Translations under genes and position numbers: made by a program
NCBI GenBank assembly: GCA_026770705.1
Contig: JANJGN010000008.1
Coordinates: 149,110,001 to 149,174,000 of the forward strand
Source of the DNA: Isurus oxyrinchus
Lineage: Eukaryota
Reading direction: 5' to 3'
Length of the DNA: 64,000 nt
Notes under the pieces: generated by a model
The model's database searches: none
The model's input: only the letters and a program-made list of their open reading frames with translations
What the model was told of the DNA's origin: nothing
Shown here: in pieces, positions 1 through 13,954 of the stretch
Layout: every line of letters begins with the position of its first letter
Position numbering within the stretch: the first letter of the stretch is position 1

Positions 1-2045
1 GTTCCCTGGATATGTTCAGCCTTCCTCCTTAAGTATCCACGTAATATTACCTATTCAGCAGCCCTCTGGCACTACACCTTTTTCTAATAAATTATTAAAT
101 ATGTACAATAGTGTTTCTGCTACCTCTTCCCTAGATTCTTTTGAAATGTGCGGATGTGATCTGCCTAGACTCTGGCTTTATCCTCAACGAACTAGATTAG
201 TTTATTTAATGCTTTTATTTATTTATTTCAATGTGGGTATATGTACTTGTAAAGGAAAATCATTGCAGGTGAAAGAACTTGGGAGTGGGACTAATGGGAA
301 AACACTTTTAAAGAGCCAGCACAGGCATGAAGGGCCAAATGGTCAAATTCTGGGTCATACGTTTCTCTTTCTGGAATACACTTATTCAGAGATTTGTTTG
401 TTTTAGTTAGGATATCCAAACTGGACTTTCAAAGATTCAAGAGCCAGAGCACAGGCTAATGAATTGTTAGCCTATCTGTATAACTTCAGCAACGTCCTTG
501 CTGTAATTGAAGACTCTTTTGAAGTAAAGCACAGAATTCTTCCTGAGGCTCCGGCTTCAATTACCAGCAGAAGGACCAGTTATGCTGATAGGATGACTTG
601 CAGTAAGGGGGGGAGGAGGCTCGTGTGGAGCATAAAAACTGGTACAGAGTGGTTGGGCTGAATGGGCTGTTTCTGTGCTACATATCCTAAGTAGTTCTAT
701 GTGGCTTGATGCTCAGGTTTAGTTTATATTTTGTTGGGATGATCATGGAGCCTTGGGTAAATGACAAGTTGCTGCCTCCCTGCATCTTTAGGAAGTGTTA
801 TCTTGTGGAGCTTTGCACTTTTTCATTGTGAACGCATCATTGATTTGGTGTGATTTGGTGTGTTTTGAGCTGGCAGCAGTGAAAGCGCTGAATCACTCGC
901 TCGGTAAAGGAGTGCTTAAAATAATCAGAATTGAGGCATGAGCCCAGATGAGGAATGTATTTTAGATATATGTATTAATCGGTTTAAAATGTGCAGTATA
1001 GTTTGATTCACGACTAAGAGAACCTGCTGACAGTCTGCAGACTGTAGCGGTTGCTGCTCAGAAATGTCCACACATTCAGTGCCTCCTTATACCCAGATCT
1101 GGAGTCAGCATCTGACTTGAGACATTGGGAGGCACCACCTCCTGTTCATCAGAGCCTGGCCCCTTGATACGCTGTGTCAGAGTCTCCTCTCCACCATTGC
1201 CATGGCCCATTGCAGCTTCTGTCACCGCCACAATGCGCGCCATGAGTTAGTCTTTGTCTCATCATAGTAACACAGCTGAAATGTAATTTTTTAAAAAACC
1301 TTTGACTTGTGGATGAACCATCAAGTTTTATTTAAACAAAAAAATGCCCTTTTTTGTGTTACAATGCCTAGAACCCAGTTCCCAGGTGATTAGGGCAGCT
1401 GGGCTTCTCTTATTGACTTGCAAAGTGATGAGCCTGCCTCCTTGCCAGGGTGTCCATTCAGCATAACTTTAAAGATGCAAAGGAAGTTCAGACCAAAGAG
1501 TTTGAGGTGACTGATATTATAGACCCAGAACCGAAACCTACTCCTCTGCAGATTTAACACCGTTAATTCTTGGAACGTGTTCAGTGCCCGTCTCCAGTTT
1601 CCTTAAGCTCCTTCTTGAGCTGCTGCAGCAGTTTTTGATACAGTTGAGTGGTTTGTTAAAGCTGTTAAACACCGCCTAGGTGTGTGGGGGCTGGAGTCCT
1701 ATCAAGGCAGATCTGGCAAGGACAGCTGGAGGCCTCCTTGAAAGGAAATCCAATTGAATTCAGATTCTTAAACTGCCTTGGTGGGGGTGTGAGCTTGTGT
1801 TCTCTGAATTGTTAACCCAGCAATGTAACCAATACTCTACTGTCCCCAAACAATGTTTTTAACCTGTTAACGACTATAGCCAAGGTGTTTGAGATTTTTC
1901 CCTGTGGCGGTGAAATGATGATAGATGAATTATTGGCGCTTGTAGCCAGGTAACCAGTGTTGGCATTGGTCAGGAGCCCCTGCCCCAAACTCTCTGCAGA
2001 CTGGACCTGGAGCGCTTATCATTCTCATTCCACCCTCCCGAAATA

Positions 2046-2570
2046 AGAACAGAAAATTCTGGAAGTACTCTGTAGGATCGACAACATCTGCGGAGAGAGA
2101 GAAACAGCTTTAACACTTCAAGTTGATGACCTTTCATCAGAACTGGGAAAAGTTAGAGATGTCATAGGTTTTAAGCAGGTGAAACGGGAGAGAGTGGAGA
2201 AAGAACAAAAGGGAAGGTCTGTGACGGGGTGGACGGTGGGAGACATTATTTGACCAAAGAGTTAGTGACTCAGGGCCAAAGGGAGTGTTAATGGGACTAG
2301 TAAAGAAATGATATGTCCAGAGGAGGTGTGAATGGTGGAATAATGAACAGCTGCCTTCTGAAAGGAAAACAGCAGAAAAACAAGATGAAGATCAGGACAA
2401 GGAAACAAAATTGAGCCAAGTTTATGGTCTGAAATTGTTGAACTCAGTGTTGAGTCTGGAAGACAGCAAGTGTCTTATCGAAAGATGAAATGCTGTTCCT
2501 TGAGCTTGTGTTGAGCTTCACTGCAACGCTGCAATAGGACAAGGACAGAGACCATCGCGATAGCAAAGTA
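2046..2570 (-). mobile_element. Penelope-like element 3' fragment with a degenerate hammerhead motif (about 2108-2145)
   Basis: Encodes LQRCSEAQHKLKEQHFIFR, matching LHCSSEAQRKLEEQHLIFQ in the 15.6-kb copy; minus strand has CTGATGA...GAAG. Confidence 0.8.
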
Positions 2571-2649
2571 GAGAACTAAAATTGTTCCTGCAGGGTTATA
2601 ATAAAGTCCTGGAGAGTTATATGAGGGCCTGGACACACTGAGTAAACAA

Positions 2650-3680
2650 TGCATAGAATATGCATAGGAACAGGCCATGCAACCCAAATGATGCATGTTC
2701 CTTACAAGCCACCTCCCACCCTTTTTTATTTAACTCTATTAGCATATCCTATTCCTTTCTCCCTCATGTACTTAACTAACTTCTCCTCAAATGCATATAC
2801 GCTAGTTATCTCAAGCACTCCTTGTAGTGAGTTCCCCATTCTCTCTGGGTAAAGAAGTTTCTCCTGAATTCTTTGTTGGATTTATTAGTGCCTATCTTAT
2901 ATTTATGGTCAGTAGTTTTCATCTCTTCTAGAGAAAAGAGCACCAGCCTGTTCAGTCTTTTCTGATAGCTATAACCTGAGCTCTCGTATCATCCTTGCAA
3001 GCCTCTTTTTGCACCTTTGCCAGTGCCTCCATATCCTTTTCATAATATGGTGATCAGAACTGTGCACAGTACTCTTTGTGTGGTCCAACAAAGGTTGGAT
3101 ATAAGTTTAGCATAACTTCTCTGCTTTTCAATTCTCTCTCTCTAGAAACGAGCCCCAGTGTTTTGTTTGCTTTTCTAAGAGCCTTATTAGCCTACAAGCT
3201 TTGTCATATAGAATTGTACAACACAGGAGGAGGCCACTTGGCCTATCATTTCTGTACCAGCTCTTTGAAATGTTGTGCAATTTAGTCACTTGCCTAGCTT
3301 TATCCTCATGACCATTCAAGTATTATTCATTTGCCTTTTACAAGTGCCTGTGGAGTTTGATTCCTCTGCTCTTTCATGCAGTGCTTTCCAGATCTTAAGT
3401 TTTTGTGATGACGTTTCCCCTTTAGTTCTTTTGTCAATTATTTTAACTCTGTGACCTCTGATTGCTGACCCAATTACCAGAAGAAATAGCTTCTCCAAAC
3501 TTGCTCTATCGAAGCTCCTCATAAATTTGAATAACTCTATTAAATCTCCCCTTAAACTTCTTTGCTTCAAGGAGAACAGTCCCGACTTCTCCAATCTATC
3601 CACATAATTGAACTGACACCTGGTTTCATCCTGATAAAGCATATCTGTAGCCTCTCAGGGCCTTGGCATTCTTCCTAATC
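2650..3680 (-). mobile_element. Two adjacent decayed CR1 3' fragments
   Basis: RLEKSGLFSLKQRSLRGDLIELFK peptide (3316-3642) and cagaactgtgcacagtactc. Confidence 0.75.
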
Positions 3681-3781
3681 TATAGAGAGAGCCCAGTAAT
3701 TTATCAAAGTTGTGCAGTTGCCAGCTCTTTTACATTTACTATTGTATATTTTTTCATAGAGGAATCTTTTTTTCTTTGCAG

Positions 3782-3885
3782 GAAATTCGCCATCTGCATC
3801 AGTATGTGAAGTTTGCAGTGCAGGATGTAAATGATGTGCTGGATATGGAATGGGAGCAACACCAGGAAAAGAACAAGAAACACAA
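3782..3885 (+). CDS. NUP214: NUP214 coding exon (approx. human exon 18), [34 protein letters not shown]; phase 0 to 2
   Basis: Polypyrimidine tract and ttgcAG acceptor (3780-3781), donor GTgag at 3886. The peptide closely matches vertebrate NUP214 [24 protein letters not shown] as I recall it. Confidence 0.96.
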
Positions 3886-5801
3886 GTGAGCAGCTCTCAA
3901 TGCTGAACTTGGAAATGTACCCCGGCTTTAGAATATGCTGCCAAATCATAGGAATTTAGGAGCAGGCATAGACCATTCAACCCTGTGAGCCTGCTCCACC
4001 AATCAGTAAGACCATGGCTGATCTGGTTGTGGTCTCAAATCCACTTTCCTGTCTGCTGCCCATATCCCATGACTCCCTTGTCAATCAAAAATCTGTCCAA
4101 CTTTACCTTGAATAAATTCAATAGTTCAGTGAGCAACATGCTGGTCTTGCAAGTTGTGGATTTAAGTCTGCAGTCCAGATTCTCGAGCACAGAAGTCCAA
4201 GCTGCATTGCGGGAAGTGTAGTCTTTCTGTTGAGATGTTAAGCCGAGATCCGGTGGATGATAAATATTCCCATGATTTCCATTACAAAGAAGAACAGGGG
4301 AGTTTGCACCCCTCAACAAACATCACTTTAAAAAAGAAACATTTATCTGGTCATTTATCTCATTGCTGTTTGTGGGAGCTTGCTGTGTGCAAATTAGCTG
4401 CCTCGTTTCCCCATATTACAGCAGTGACTACGCTTCAAAAGTACTTTACTAGTTGTAAAGCACTTTGGAATCTCTGGTGGTCATGGAAAGCACAATATAG
4501 AGACAAGTACTCTTTAATTCAGGTGCAACCCAGAGATTATTCCCTGAGCTCCTGTTACCTGATGCCCTGTCTGTGGACTAGTGCCTGCATTTTCCTTGTT
4601 GATTTCAGCATTTTCAGAATCCTAGGGCTAGGGGATTTGGAAGTAACGCCTCCCTCAATGATGGATCTAGACCAGTGAATGAGCATCCTCTTTTTAACCA
4701 ATCATGAAACAGCTTTTACTAGTCCTGCATATTCATTTCACCCCAAGCCAAGTTCAAGAAGGCAGCTCACTACCAACTACTGAAGGGCAATTAGGGATGG
4801 GTAATAAATGATGGGCTAGCCAGTGATGCCCACATCCTGTGAATGAATAATAAAAAAAGCTAGATGCTAATAAGTTTCTTGATAATAGGTTTATTTACAA
4901 AAGGAAGGATTACATATGTTTGCTTCCTACCCATTACCCACTGTGTCCCAGCAGTCTTTCTTTATAAATGCCTTTGACATTTTAACTAAACAATGCCCTT
5001 CGCCTCTGTGTCTTAATAATATCATTAACGTACCATGAGCATTGCAGTGTTGCGGGGCATTGGCAGGTAGAAGAGAAGGCATGTTGGAATCAAACATGTG
5101 CCCCCATGTGCATGCCCATCCCTGCAAGTATTGATACTGTCAGATGTAAACCCCCCGTGCCCCCAGCATCTTTATAAATATTGACACCTATTTGGGATTG
5201 CAATGATTGCCAATGAGTCAAGATCTATTTTCAGAAAAGTTTGTGCTGCCCAAAGGATAGAGTGCTGTCGTTGTAGAAAATGTTTCTCAGTGTACAGCAG
5301 CAGATTATCCTAAAGTTATCAAATGTAGAAATCTGTTGGCATACGCATGGAAATCAAATTTGCAGATCCCTTAGAGTTTTGCTTTTTGAATTCCCTATTC
5401 GATTTATTAGTAACTATCTTATATTTATGGCCCCTTGTCCTGGTCTCCCCAGCAGGTGGAAAAATCATCTCTAGATCTACCCTATCAAACTCTTTCATAA
5501 TCTTTAAGACCTCATCAGGTCACCATCAGCCTTTTCTAGAAGACGTAGCCCCAGCCTGTTCAGCCCTTACTGATAGTTATAATCTCTCAGTTCTAGCGAT
5601 GCCTGTGTAAATCATTTTTTTGCTGGTGCGTTTATATCCTTTTATAATGAGGAACAGTACTGCACTTGTGGCCCAGTCAAGGTTTGCTGCACAAGCGTGT
5701 GTTTGGTGATGTTAGTTTTCACATATCTGTCATGTGAGGAGGAGCTGAGTGTTTCACCTTTGCTTTACTTTAATTTTAAAGCTTCCACTATTTCATTCCA
5801 G

Positions 5802-5981
5802 ACACTTACTTCTGCCAGAGAGGGAAGTGTTGTTTAACGCTTTGTCAAGTCATCATGAGATCATTACCCAGCAGGATAAGAAGATTGATGAACTGATAAA
5901 CAGCCTGCAGAATCTCCGCATTTATAATCAGACCTCCAAGTGGTGCGTGCCCAATGACAAATGCCTGCAGAATGATCAGTG
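5802..5981 (+). CDS. NUP214: NUP214 coding exon, HLLLPEREVLFNALSSHHEIITQQDKKIDELINSLQNLRIYNQTSKW...; phase 2 to 2
   Basis: ttccAG acceptor and GTaggt donor; frame continues from the previous exon; matches the HLLVPERETLFNTL...LQQLRLY coiled-coil segment. Confidence 0.95.
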
Positions 5982-7426
5982 GTAGGTTTTAAACATGTCT
6001 CCATTAAGAATATTAGTGTATAAGATACTTGGTGCTTCGTTAAATGTCAGCTGGGGTTCAGAAGGTTAGCACACTTTGCTCTGACTGAGAAGATTGTGGA
6101 CTGAAGTCTCACTCCAGAGACCTGAGCATGAAATCTAAACTGACACTTCCAGTACCAATACTGAAGGAGTGCTGCACTATTGGAGGTGCTGCCTGTTGGG
6201 TGAGCTGTTAAACTGCAGTCCTGATGCTCTGTCAGGTGACATAAGATCCCATGTCACTGTTTCAAAGTAGAGCAGGAGAGTTTTCCCCACCCACTCCCCC
6301 TCCCCCCGCTAACATTTATCTGTCAACCAACATTGCTAAAACATTACGTGGCCATTATAATAATGCTGTTTGTGGGAGCTTGCTGTGTGCAATTGGACTG
6401 CCACATTTCCTACATGTAGCTACACTTCAAAAGTTCAGAATTGACTGTAAAGAATTTGAAACATCCTGAGTTGTGAATGATGCTTTACAAATACAAGCTC
6501 TTAAAATCTTGGCCACCTATCCTCATAGGCCCTGGTGAGTTTCTCTGGAATTTGTATTATAGTGAGTGTGTTACACACTTATGTGGTGGGACATGGTAAA
6601 TGGTGAGGTGTTCTGTCAGGGAGTTGTTTCCTTTTGCCACCTTAGCTTTTGCATTTCTACCAGTGACTGGCCTGTGCTACTGCCCCATCTAAAATATTCT
6701 GAAACTTCCTGGCCAGATGAAGCATGTAGCTCGAATAGGATGAAGAGAAATGCTCCTCACCTTGAGCTGAAAGCTGGAACATATTCTTTTTACTTGCACT
6801 GCAGTATTAGTTGAGCAGTGCGCCAAGTGTTGACCTTATTCTGTATCAGAGTTACTGTTTTTAAAAGTGCCATTTTTATTAGCCCTTACAACAATTGTGT
6901 AAATGCTAACCATTTGTCTTGTCTAGATTACTCCATGCCCTTAGGTAATAAAACAAATTGAAGCAGAGCAGGAGATGGATTTCAGGTTATCTGTAGGTGC
7001 GATGCTGACTCAGGAAAGTGTTGGTGTCCTGGCACAGTCCTAGGTCTCGCGGGCGTTAAGTTGGATGGATTTTGACCTTCGGATGAAGCTTGCTTTGTTG
7101 CCACTTGTATTTTGAATTAGTGTGCTCTATTTGACCTTTATTAAACGTTGAGGGCCTGAGACTCCCCACAGTTGCAGGGAAGCTGAACAAACCTGCAAAT
7201 TCAGCCTTGGAGAAAAGGCAAATCTTACCTGGCAGTCTTGAGATGTTGCAAAGGTAACTACAAGGATGGAGCCTTTATCCAGAAGGTTATAAGCATAGAA
7301 GGGACACCATTTGGGCCCATTGTGTCAGTGCTGGCTCCGAAACAATCCCAAACTAGCCCCACTGCCCAATTTATGAATCAGTTTTACCGTACCTTCAATT
7401 AATGCCCTGGTTTGGTTTTTCTTTAG

Positions 7427-7512
7427 CTGGGATACTGAGCTGGAGATGCTTCGCAATGTTCTGGTGAAAACTACCCTGGATGGAACTCCGAAGGTGACTT
7501 CACCCACCCCAG
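7427..7512 (+). CDS. NUP214: NUP214 coding exon, WDTELEMLRNVLVKTTLDGTPKVTSPTP; phase 2 to 1
   Basis: ctttAG acceptor and GTaaac donor; similar to FDSDLESLCNALLKTT; phases fit both neighbours. Confidence 0.93.
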
Positions 7513-9188
7513 GTAAACCATCGCTGTATCGTGTCTGATTTGTTCATGGTGAAAGGGTCAACTGTTTGGGGTGAACTTTTAAAGAAACAAGTTAATCTGT
7601 GTAAGTTATCACAAGTATTCTGCCTACTTCCCTTTATGGACTAGACGGTCAGGGCTAAGCCTGATTTGACTTGGTGTCTCATTAAGACACAGAGTTTAGG
7701 TGATTCTCGGGATTCTCATGCTAGCTGGCTGATTGCAGCTGCTGCAGAAGTTGAGATACTCCAATTCCTCTGGTCTATGGTGGGAATTTAACCAGATGTC
7801 CTGCTGGGAATTGTGTGTGTCTGGATATTGGGAGATAATAGGGCCATGTTTAGCTGTTCATTGTGACATGTCCTGATGGAGCCCCTAAGAACAGCTCCTT
7901 CAGGAGATGAGGGGATTGAATGAGGGAGCAGGGAAAGCAGATACATTCAGCCTGCCCTAATGTGCAGACACATACTAGGTATTGGATGTGACTCAGTTGG
8001 TAGCATTCTTGTTGGAGTTAGGTGGGGGGGGTTCACATCCAACTCAAACTAAGGCCCTTACTCTAGGCTGACAGTCCAGCGCAGTACTGAGGGTGTGCTG
8101 CACTGTTGGAGGAGCCGTCTTTTGGATGAGACATTAAACCGAGGCCCTGTCTGCTGACTCAAGTGAAAGGTAAAGATCACATCCCACTATTTCAAGAAGG
8201 TCAGGGGTGGCCTTTGTGCCCTGGCCAACATTAATGCCTCAACCAACATCACTAAAAGAGAGTATGCAGTCATTTTTATATTGCTGTTTGTGGGATCTTG
8301 CTGTGCACAAATTGGCTGCCTTGTTTCCAGAATTACAACAGTGACTACCATTCAACAGTGCTTCATTGGCTGTGAAATGCTTTGGGATGTACCGCAGTGC
8401 AGTAGTAACGCAAATACTTTCTTTAAAGTCATGATCTCTTCAAGAGAAGTTCTCATTCCTGATATGTTTCTGTGGATTGTATTTTGTGTGGAGCTATTTG
8501 GTGAGATGATAGCAGTTGGTGAGGTGTTTACCAAGGAATGCTTGCCACATAAGTTTGCTTAAAATAGAGCCCAGAGTTTATGGACATGAACTTTGCCATG
8601 AGTTTAAACAGTGTCCCCAGTCCCCCCCATGCACTTTTACTGAAAGAGCTGTAGCAAGCCTGAACAAGTGTATCATGCTAACAGTAGGAAAATGACTCAG
8701 TGAAGCCTCTCTGAAGATCTTGATGATGATGGTGCAACAAGTGAAGTTATGACAGAAATCCAAATTGGACTGAACCGGGGCGTTAGGTAACCAGGCTTCA
8801 AGGGATTTTTTGGGAGAATGTTCCAAGCTTTGGAGGCATATCTGAAGGATATGCAGCCAAAGGTGGAGTCACACGAAGTGGGCACATCAAAGAATGTAGG
8901 AGCAGCACACACTGCCCCTGGAGTCTGATCCACCATTCAATAAGATCGTGACTGAAGTTCTGCATAAACCCACTTTCCCACCCAATCCCCATATCCTTTG
9001 AAAAGAGCCAGAGATGGAAGGACGAAGGGAATGAGTTTGCAGGGCTGTGGGTGGCTGACTGAAAATACCGAACTAAAGAAGATCAAGACCGTGGCTGGCT
9101 CTGTGGATGAGGTTAACGAAAATTAAAACCTCTTTGCTGTAGAGTCCTCCTGCTCCTAGATTGAGAACCAGTCTGTTATTTGCCCATG

Positions 9189-10120
9189 TTTTTTTCCCTT
9201 CATTCACAGGATGTGGGCTTCGCTGGCTGAGCCAGCATTTATTGCCCATCCCTAGTTGTCCTTGAGAAGGTGGTTGTGAGCCGCCTTCTTGTACTGCTGC
9301 AGTCCCTGTGGTTTAGGTACGTCCACAGTTCTGTTAGGGGAGGGAGTTCCAGGATTTTGACTCAACCACAGTGAAGGAATGGTGATATATTTCCAAGTCA
9401 GGATGGTGAGTGACTTGGATGGGAACTTCCAGGTGGTGGTGTTCCCATCTATCTGTTGCCCTTGTCCTTTTAGTTGGTAGATGTTCGTAGGTTTGGAAGT
9501 TGCTGTCTAAGGAGCCTTGGTGAATTCCTGCAGTTCATCTTGTAGATGGTACACACTGCTGCTACTGTGCATCTGTGGTGGAGGGAGTGAATGTTTGTGG
9601 ATGGGGTGCCAGTCATGCGTCCTGGATGGTGTCAAACTTCTTGAGTGTTGTGGGAGCTGTGCTCACCCAAGCAAGTGGAGACTATTCCATCTCACTTCTG
9701 ACTTGTGGCTTGTAGATTGTGAACAGGCTTTGGGGAGTCATGAAGTGAGTTACTCCTTGCAGGACTCCTAGACTCTGACCTGCTCTTGTAGCCACAGTAT
9801 TTATATGGATAGGCCTGTTCAGTTTCTGGTCGATCGTAACCCCCAGGATGTTGATCGTGGGGATTCAGTGATGATAATGCCATTGAACATCAAGGGGCGA
9901 TGGTTGGATTCTCTCTTGTTGGAGATGGTCATTGCCGCTCGTCAGCCCAAGCCTGGATGTTGTCCAGGTCTTGCTGTATTTGGACATGGACTGCTTCAGT
10001 ATCTGAGGAATCGTGAATGACACTGAACATTGTACAATCATCAGCGAGCATTCCACTTCTGACCTTATGATGGAAGGAAGGTCATTGATGACGTAACTGA
10101 AGATGGTTGGGCTGGGGACT
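9189..10120 (-). mobile_element. 5'-truncated copy of the same LINE family
   Basis: Collinear with 17560-18510; PTIFSYVINDLPSIIRSEV peptide. Confidence 0.88.
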
Positions 10121-13100
10121 CGTGTGTGTGCACAGAATGCAATATAAAGAAAGACTTGCATTTATATAGTGCCTTTCATGACCTTGGGATGCCCCAAAGT
10201 GCTTTACATCTGACAAAATATATCTGAATTTTGTTCTTTGTTATAATGTAGGAACCACAGTAGCCAGCTTGTGCACAGCAAGCTCCCGCAAATACCAATG
10301 TTACTAAGCAGATACCTGTTTTTGACTGAAATTGATTGAGGGATATATATTGGCCAGGCCATTGGGGGTAACCGCCCTGCCCTTCTTCGAAATAGTGGCT
10401 ATGGGATCTTTCACTTTTCACCTCAGAGAGTGGATGGGACCTTGGTTTAATGACTCACCTGAAAGACAACGCGCACCTCTGACAGTGCAGCATTCCCTCA
10501 GTACAGTGCTGGATTGTCAACCTGGATTATGGGCTTTAGTTATGGAGTGGGACTTAAATCCACAACCTTAATGTCTCATCTGAAAGAAGAAAGCAGGTTT
10601 ATCTAGAGTTTTTGATTCTTTCAGCAGAAGCACATTGCACAGCAGGCTCTAACTGTGCTTTTCATCCAGGGTTAAGTGTATATTAACCTTTGGCTTGCTG
10701 TAGTGATGTGCCTAAATGAACAAATATGCAGGCATGCTGCACCGTGCATTGCTCTTGGAGAGAGGTTAAAAGGAGGTTTGATGGAGATGTTCAAAATCAT
10801 GAAGAGTTTTACTGGAGTAAATAAACAGAAACTTTCCACTGACCAAAGGGTCAATAACCAGAGGGCATGGAATTTCAGTAATTGGCAAAAGAATCAGAGG
10901 GAAGCAAGTTATATGGTCTGGAACTCACTGCCTGAAAGTTTGGAGGAAGCAAATTTAATTTAATTAAATATATTGGATAAATATTTGAAAGGGAAAATTA
11001 GCTGGAATAGGGGGGAGAGTGCAGGGGGAGTGGGGTGTGTTAGCTTGCTCTTTCAAAGAGCTGAATTACCTCCTTTGCTGTATAAGGGGTGGACACAGCA
11101 GGCCATGGGTTTCTGATGATGCTTTCTGTGATGAACTTCTACCAGCATCTGTAAGTGACAGATACAATACCTAAGTGCCTAGACCATAGCTCCAATCTGT
11201 TTGGTACCTGACTGGTCTCTGTAACTGGGGACATTAGGAAATGTGGCCTGTGAGATTGTGCCTGGTATCTGTGCCAGCTGATGAGATCATGTCTGGGTAT
11301 CTGGGGCTGATGACAGCCTCAGTCTTTGTGGTCCATTGTGCTGATAAGACTTCCACTTGCACCTCCCCTTTGTGATTCAGCTCCCAGACCTCTACATAAT
11401 ACTCCACTGTAGATTTAATTTAGAGAGAAAAGATTTGTGTCTGTGCTCATTTACTAACATAATTCCAGGATGCTGACCTGGAAGTAGCCTTCCCTTTCCA
11501 GTAATATAATGAGAATCCTGCTGTATGTGAGGATATAAAAAATAAGGATGGGATTGATCTGTTTCAGTTGCCGTTCTCCTAACCAGCAAGGTGTAACTGA
11601 TAGAGGTGTAATTGGGAACTTGTGTTCACCACTGCTTCACCTCTCAATTCCTGCCATTAAAGGTCGGGTACAGTTCCATGTGTAATGGTTGAGCTCTCCA
11701 TCTAGTGGACATTATTCATCTGCGATCCTTAACAACAATTGTTGCTCGGGTAACAACGTTTTCTTCACTGGAGAAGATCATAAAATGCACAGAAGGAGGC
11801 CTTTGGGCTCATCGTGACTATGCTGTCCTTTGACAGAATCATCCAATTATTCTCACTCCCCTGCCCTTCCCCTATAGCCCTGTAAACTTTTTCCCCTCGA
11901 GTATTTATCCATTTCTCTTGGGTGTTAACTATTCAATTTGCTGAATAGGTTCTGAAGGATAATCTCACTTCTTTAAAGGACCTTGAAATTTGGATGAGCA
12001 CCTGTAGGGAATAAAATTGCCAAGTTGTGGGAAAACAGAGGGAATGGGAGTAGCTAAATTGCTCTTGCAGAGAGCCAGCGAGGACTTGATGGGCTGAATG
12101 GCCACCACTTGCGCTGTAAGTGTTCTGAAATTCTAGAGAGAGCCATAAGAGTAAATCTCACATCAGTAGGGGTGCGAAACAGCCCTCTAGTGGTGAAAAG
12201 TGCTGTTAACTTTAAGTCAGCAAGTTATTTTAACTTGGAACCATGTGCATATGACCAAGGATAAAAGTCACAAACTCCAAGCAAGGTTAGAGCTGAGAAG
12301 AAAAACCAAAAATCACCCCCACCCCCCTCCCAACATGGGATAGTGAAACAGGTTCCCCGGGTACAGTTGATTTGGGTTAGTTGACCTTTTAAAAAAGGAG
12401 CTAGTTTGGTTTCTGTTGAGAATGAGCATTCAGGTTTCAGAGATACAAGGCAGAGTTGTGAGCTTGGTTTTCTTTGAAGTAAGGGCTTAATGCATGTTGG
12501 GCAGGGACCAAAGGATTGGCTCTGCATTTGTATCTCCTTGTTTTTTAAATATAACTTTAATTAAAGTTGAGTGCACACCACTTGGCAAAGATTCCCTTCT
12601 GTTTGGGGTAAGTAGTTACGCTATGTTTCTTTTCTCTTGCGAAGGTTCCAGAGTACTTTGCATTTAATTAGTTTATTTTGAAGTGCTGTTGTGGTTATGC
12701 AAGCAGACTGAGCAGCCATGTGCATGTGGCAAGATCCCACAAACAACAAGACAAAGAACAGGAAATGCTGGAAACACTCAGCAGCCAGTTCAGCTTCTGT
12801 GGAGAGTGAGATGAGATATTTTAGGTGCAACCTTGATCTGAACTGCACAACGTGTTTATCACAGTACTGTAAATAGAGGGATGAATGTTGGCCAGGACCC
12901 AAGAAGAACATCCTACACTTTAAGTGCTGCCATCCAATCGCTACCCTCCTTCTGAGCAGGAGGTTTTTCCCAGTTGCTCTTTCTCAGGACTCATGGATAT
13001 AAATCTTTGAAGGTTACAAGACAAGCTGTTAAAAAAGCATATGGAACCCTTGGCTTTATAAATAGAGATATAAGAGCGCACAGACAAAGAGCAACTATAC

Positions 13101-13870
13101 CTGGTGTTTATACATCACTGGTTTGTTAACATTTGTTAAAGTGCACCACACTTTAGGAAGGATGTCAAGGTCGCCTGGAGAGGGTGCAGAATAGATTTAC
13201 TAGAATAGGACCAAGGATGAAGGAATTTAGTTATGTGGAAAAGCTAGAGAAGCTGGATTGTCCTTAGAGGTTAGAGGGAGATCGAATGGTGGTCAAAATT
13301 ATGAAGGTGTTTTTCAATTCTTTCATGGGATGTGGACATTGCTGGCACTGTCCATCCCTAAATGCCCTTGAACTGAGTGACTTGCTGGACTGTTTCAGAG
13401 GGCGGTTGAATGAATCATTACTGTGGCGCTGGAGTCCCATGTAAGTCAGAACAGCTAAACGGCAGATTTCCTTCGGTAAAGGGACAGCAGTTTTGTTGTT
13501 TGTGGGATCTTGCCACATGCACATGGCTGCTCATTCTGCTTGCATGGCCATGACTGCACTTCAAAATAAGCTAATTAAATGCAAAGTACTCTGGAACCTT
13601 CAATGCCCTCTTTGAACCAGATGGGTTTTTGGAACAATTAATGATAGTTGTCATGGACACCATTACTGAAACTTTATATTCCAGATTGATTAATTGAATT
13701 TAAATTCTACTAGTTGCCGTGGTGGGATTTGAACCCATGTCCCCAAACCATTATTTTAAGCCTCTGGATTACTAATCCAGTGCCACTATCACTGTACCAC
13801 ACATTGCTGGATTGACTTGATAATGTGAAGTGTATTTTTTACTCACCTCATTTTTCTTTCTGACCTTAAG

Positions 13871-13954
13871 GTAAACTATCTCCAGTGAAACAATCCCAGC
13901 TACGGAACTTCCTTTCAAAAAGACAGACTCCGCCTGTGAGATCCACTGCACCAG
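13871..13954 (+). CDS. NUP214: NUP214 coding exon, [28 protein letters not shown]; phase 1 to 1
   Basis: ttaAG acceptor and GTaaca donor; near-identical to [27 protein letters not shown]. Confidence 0.96.

Noticed and set aside
8570-8930. Coding-like stretch (DLDDDGATSEVMTEIQIG...)
   Set aside because: It has an in-frame stop, no clear splice sites and no recognisable family; possibly an old repeat remnant.
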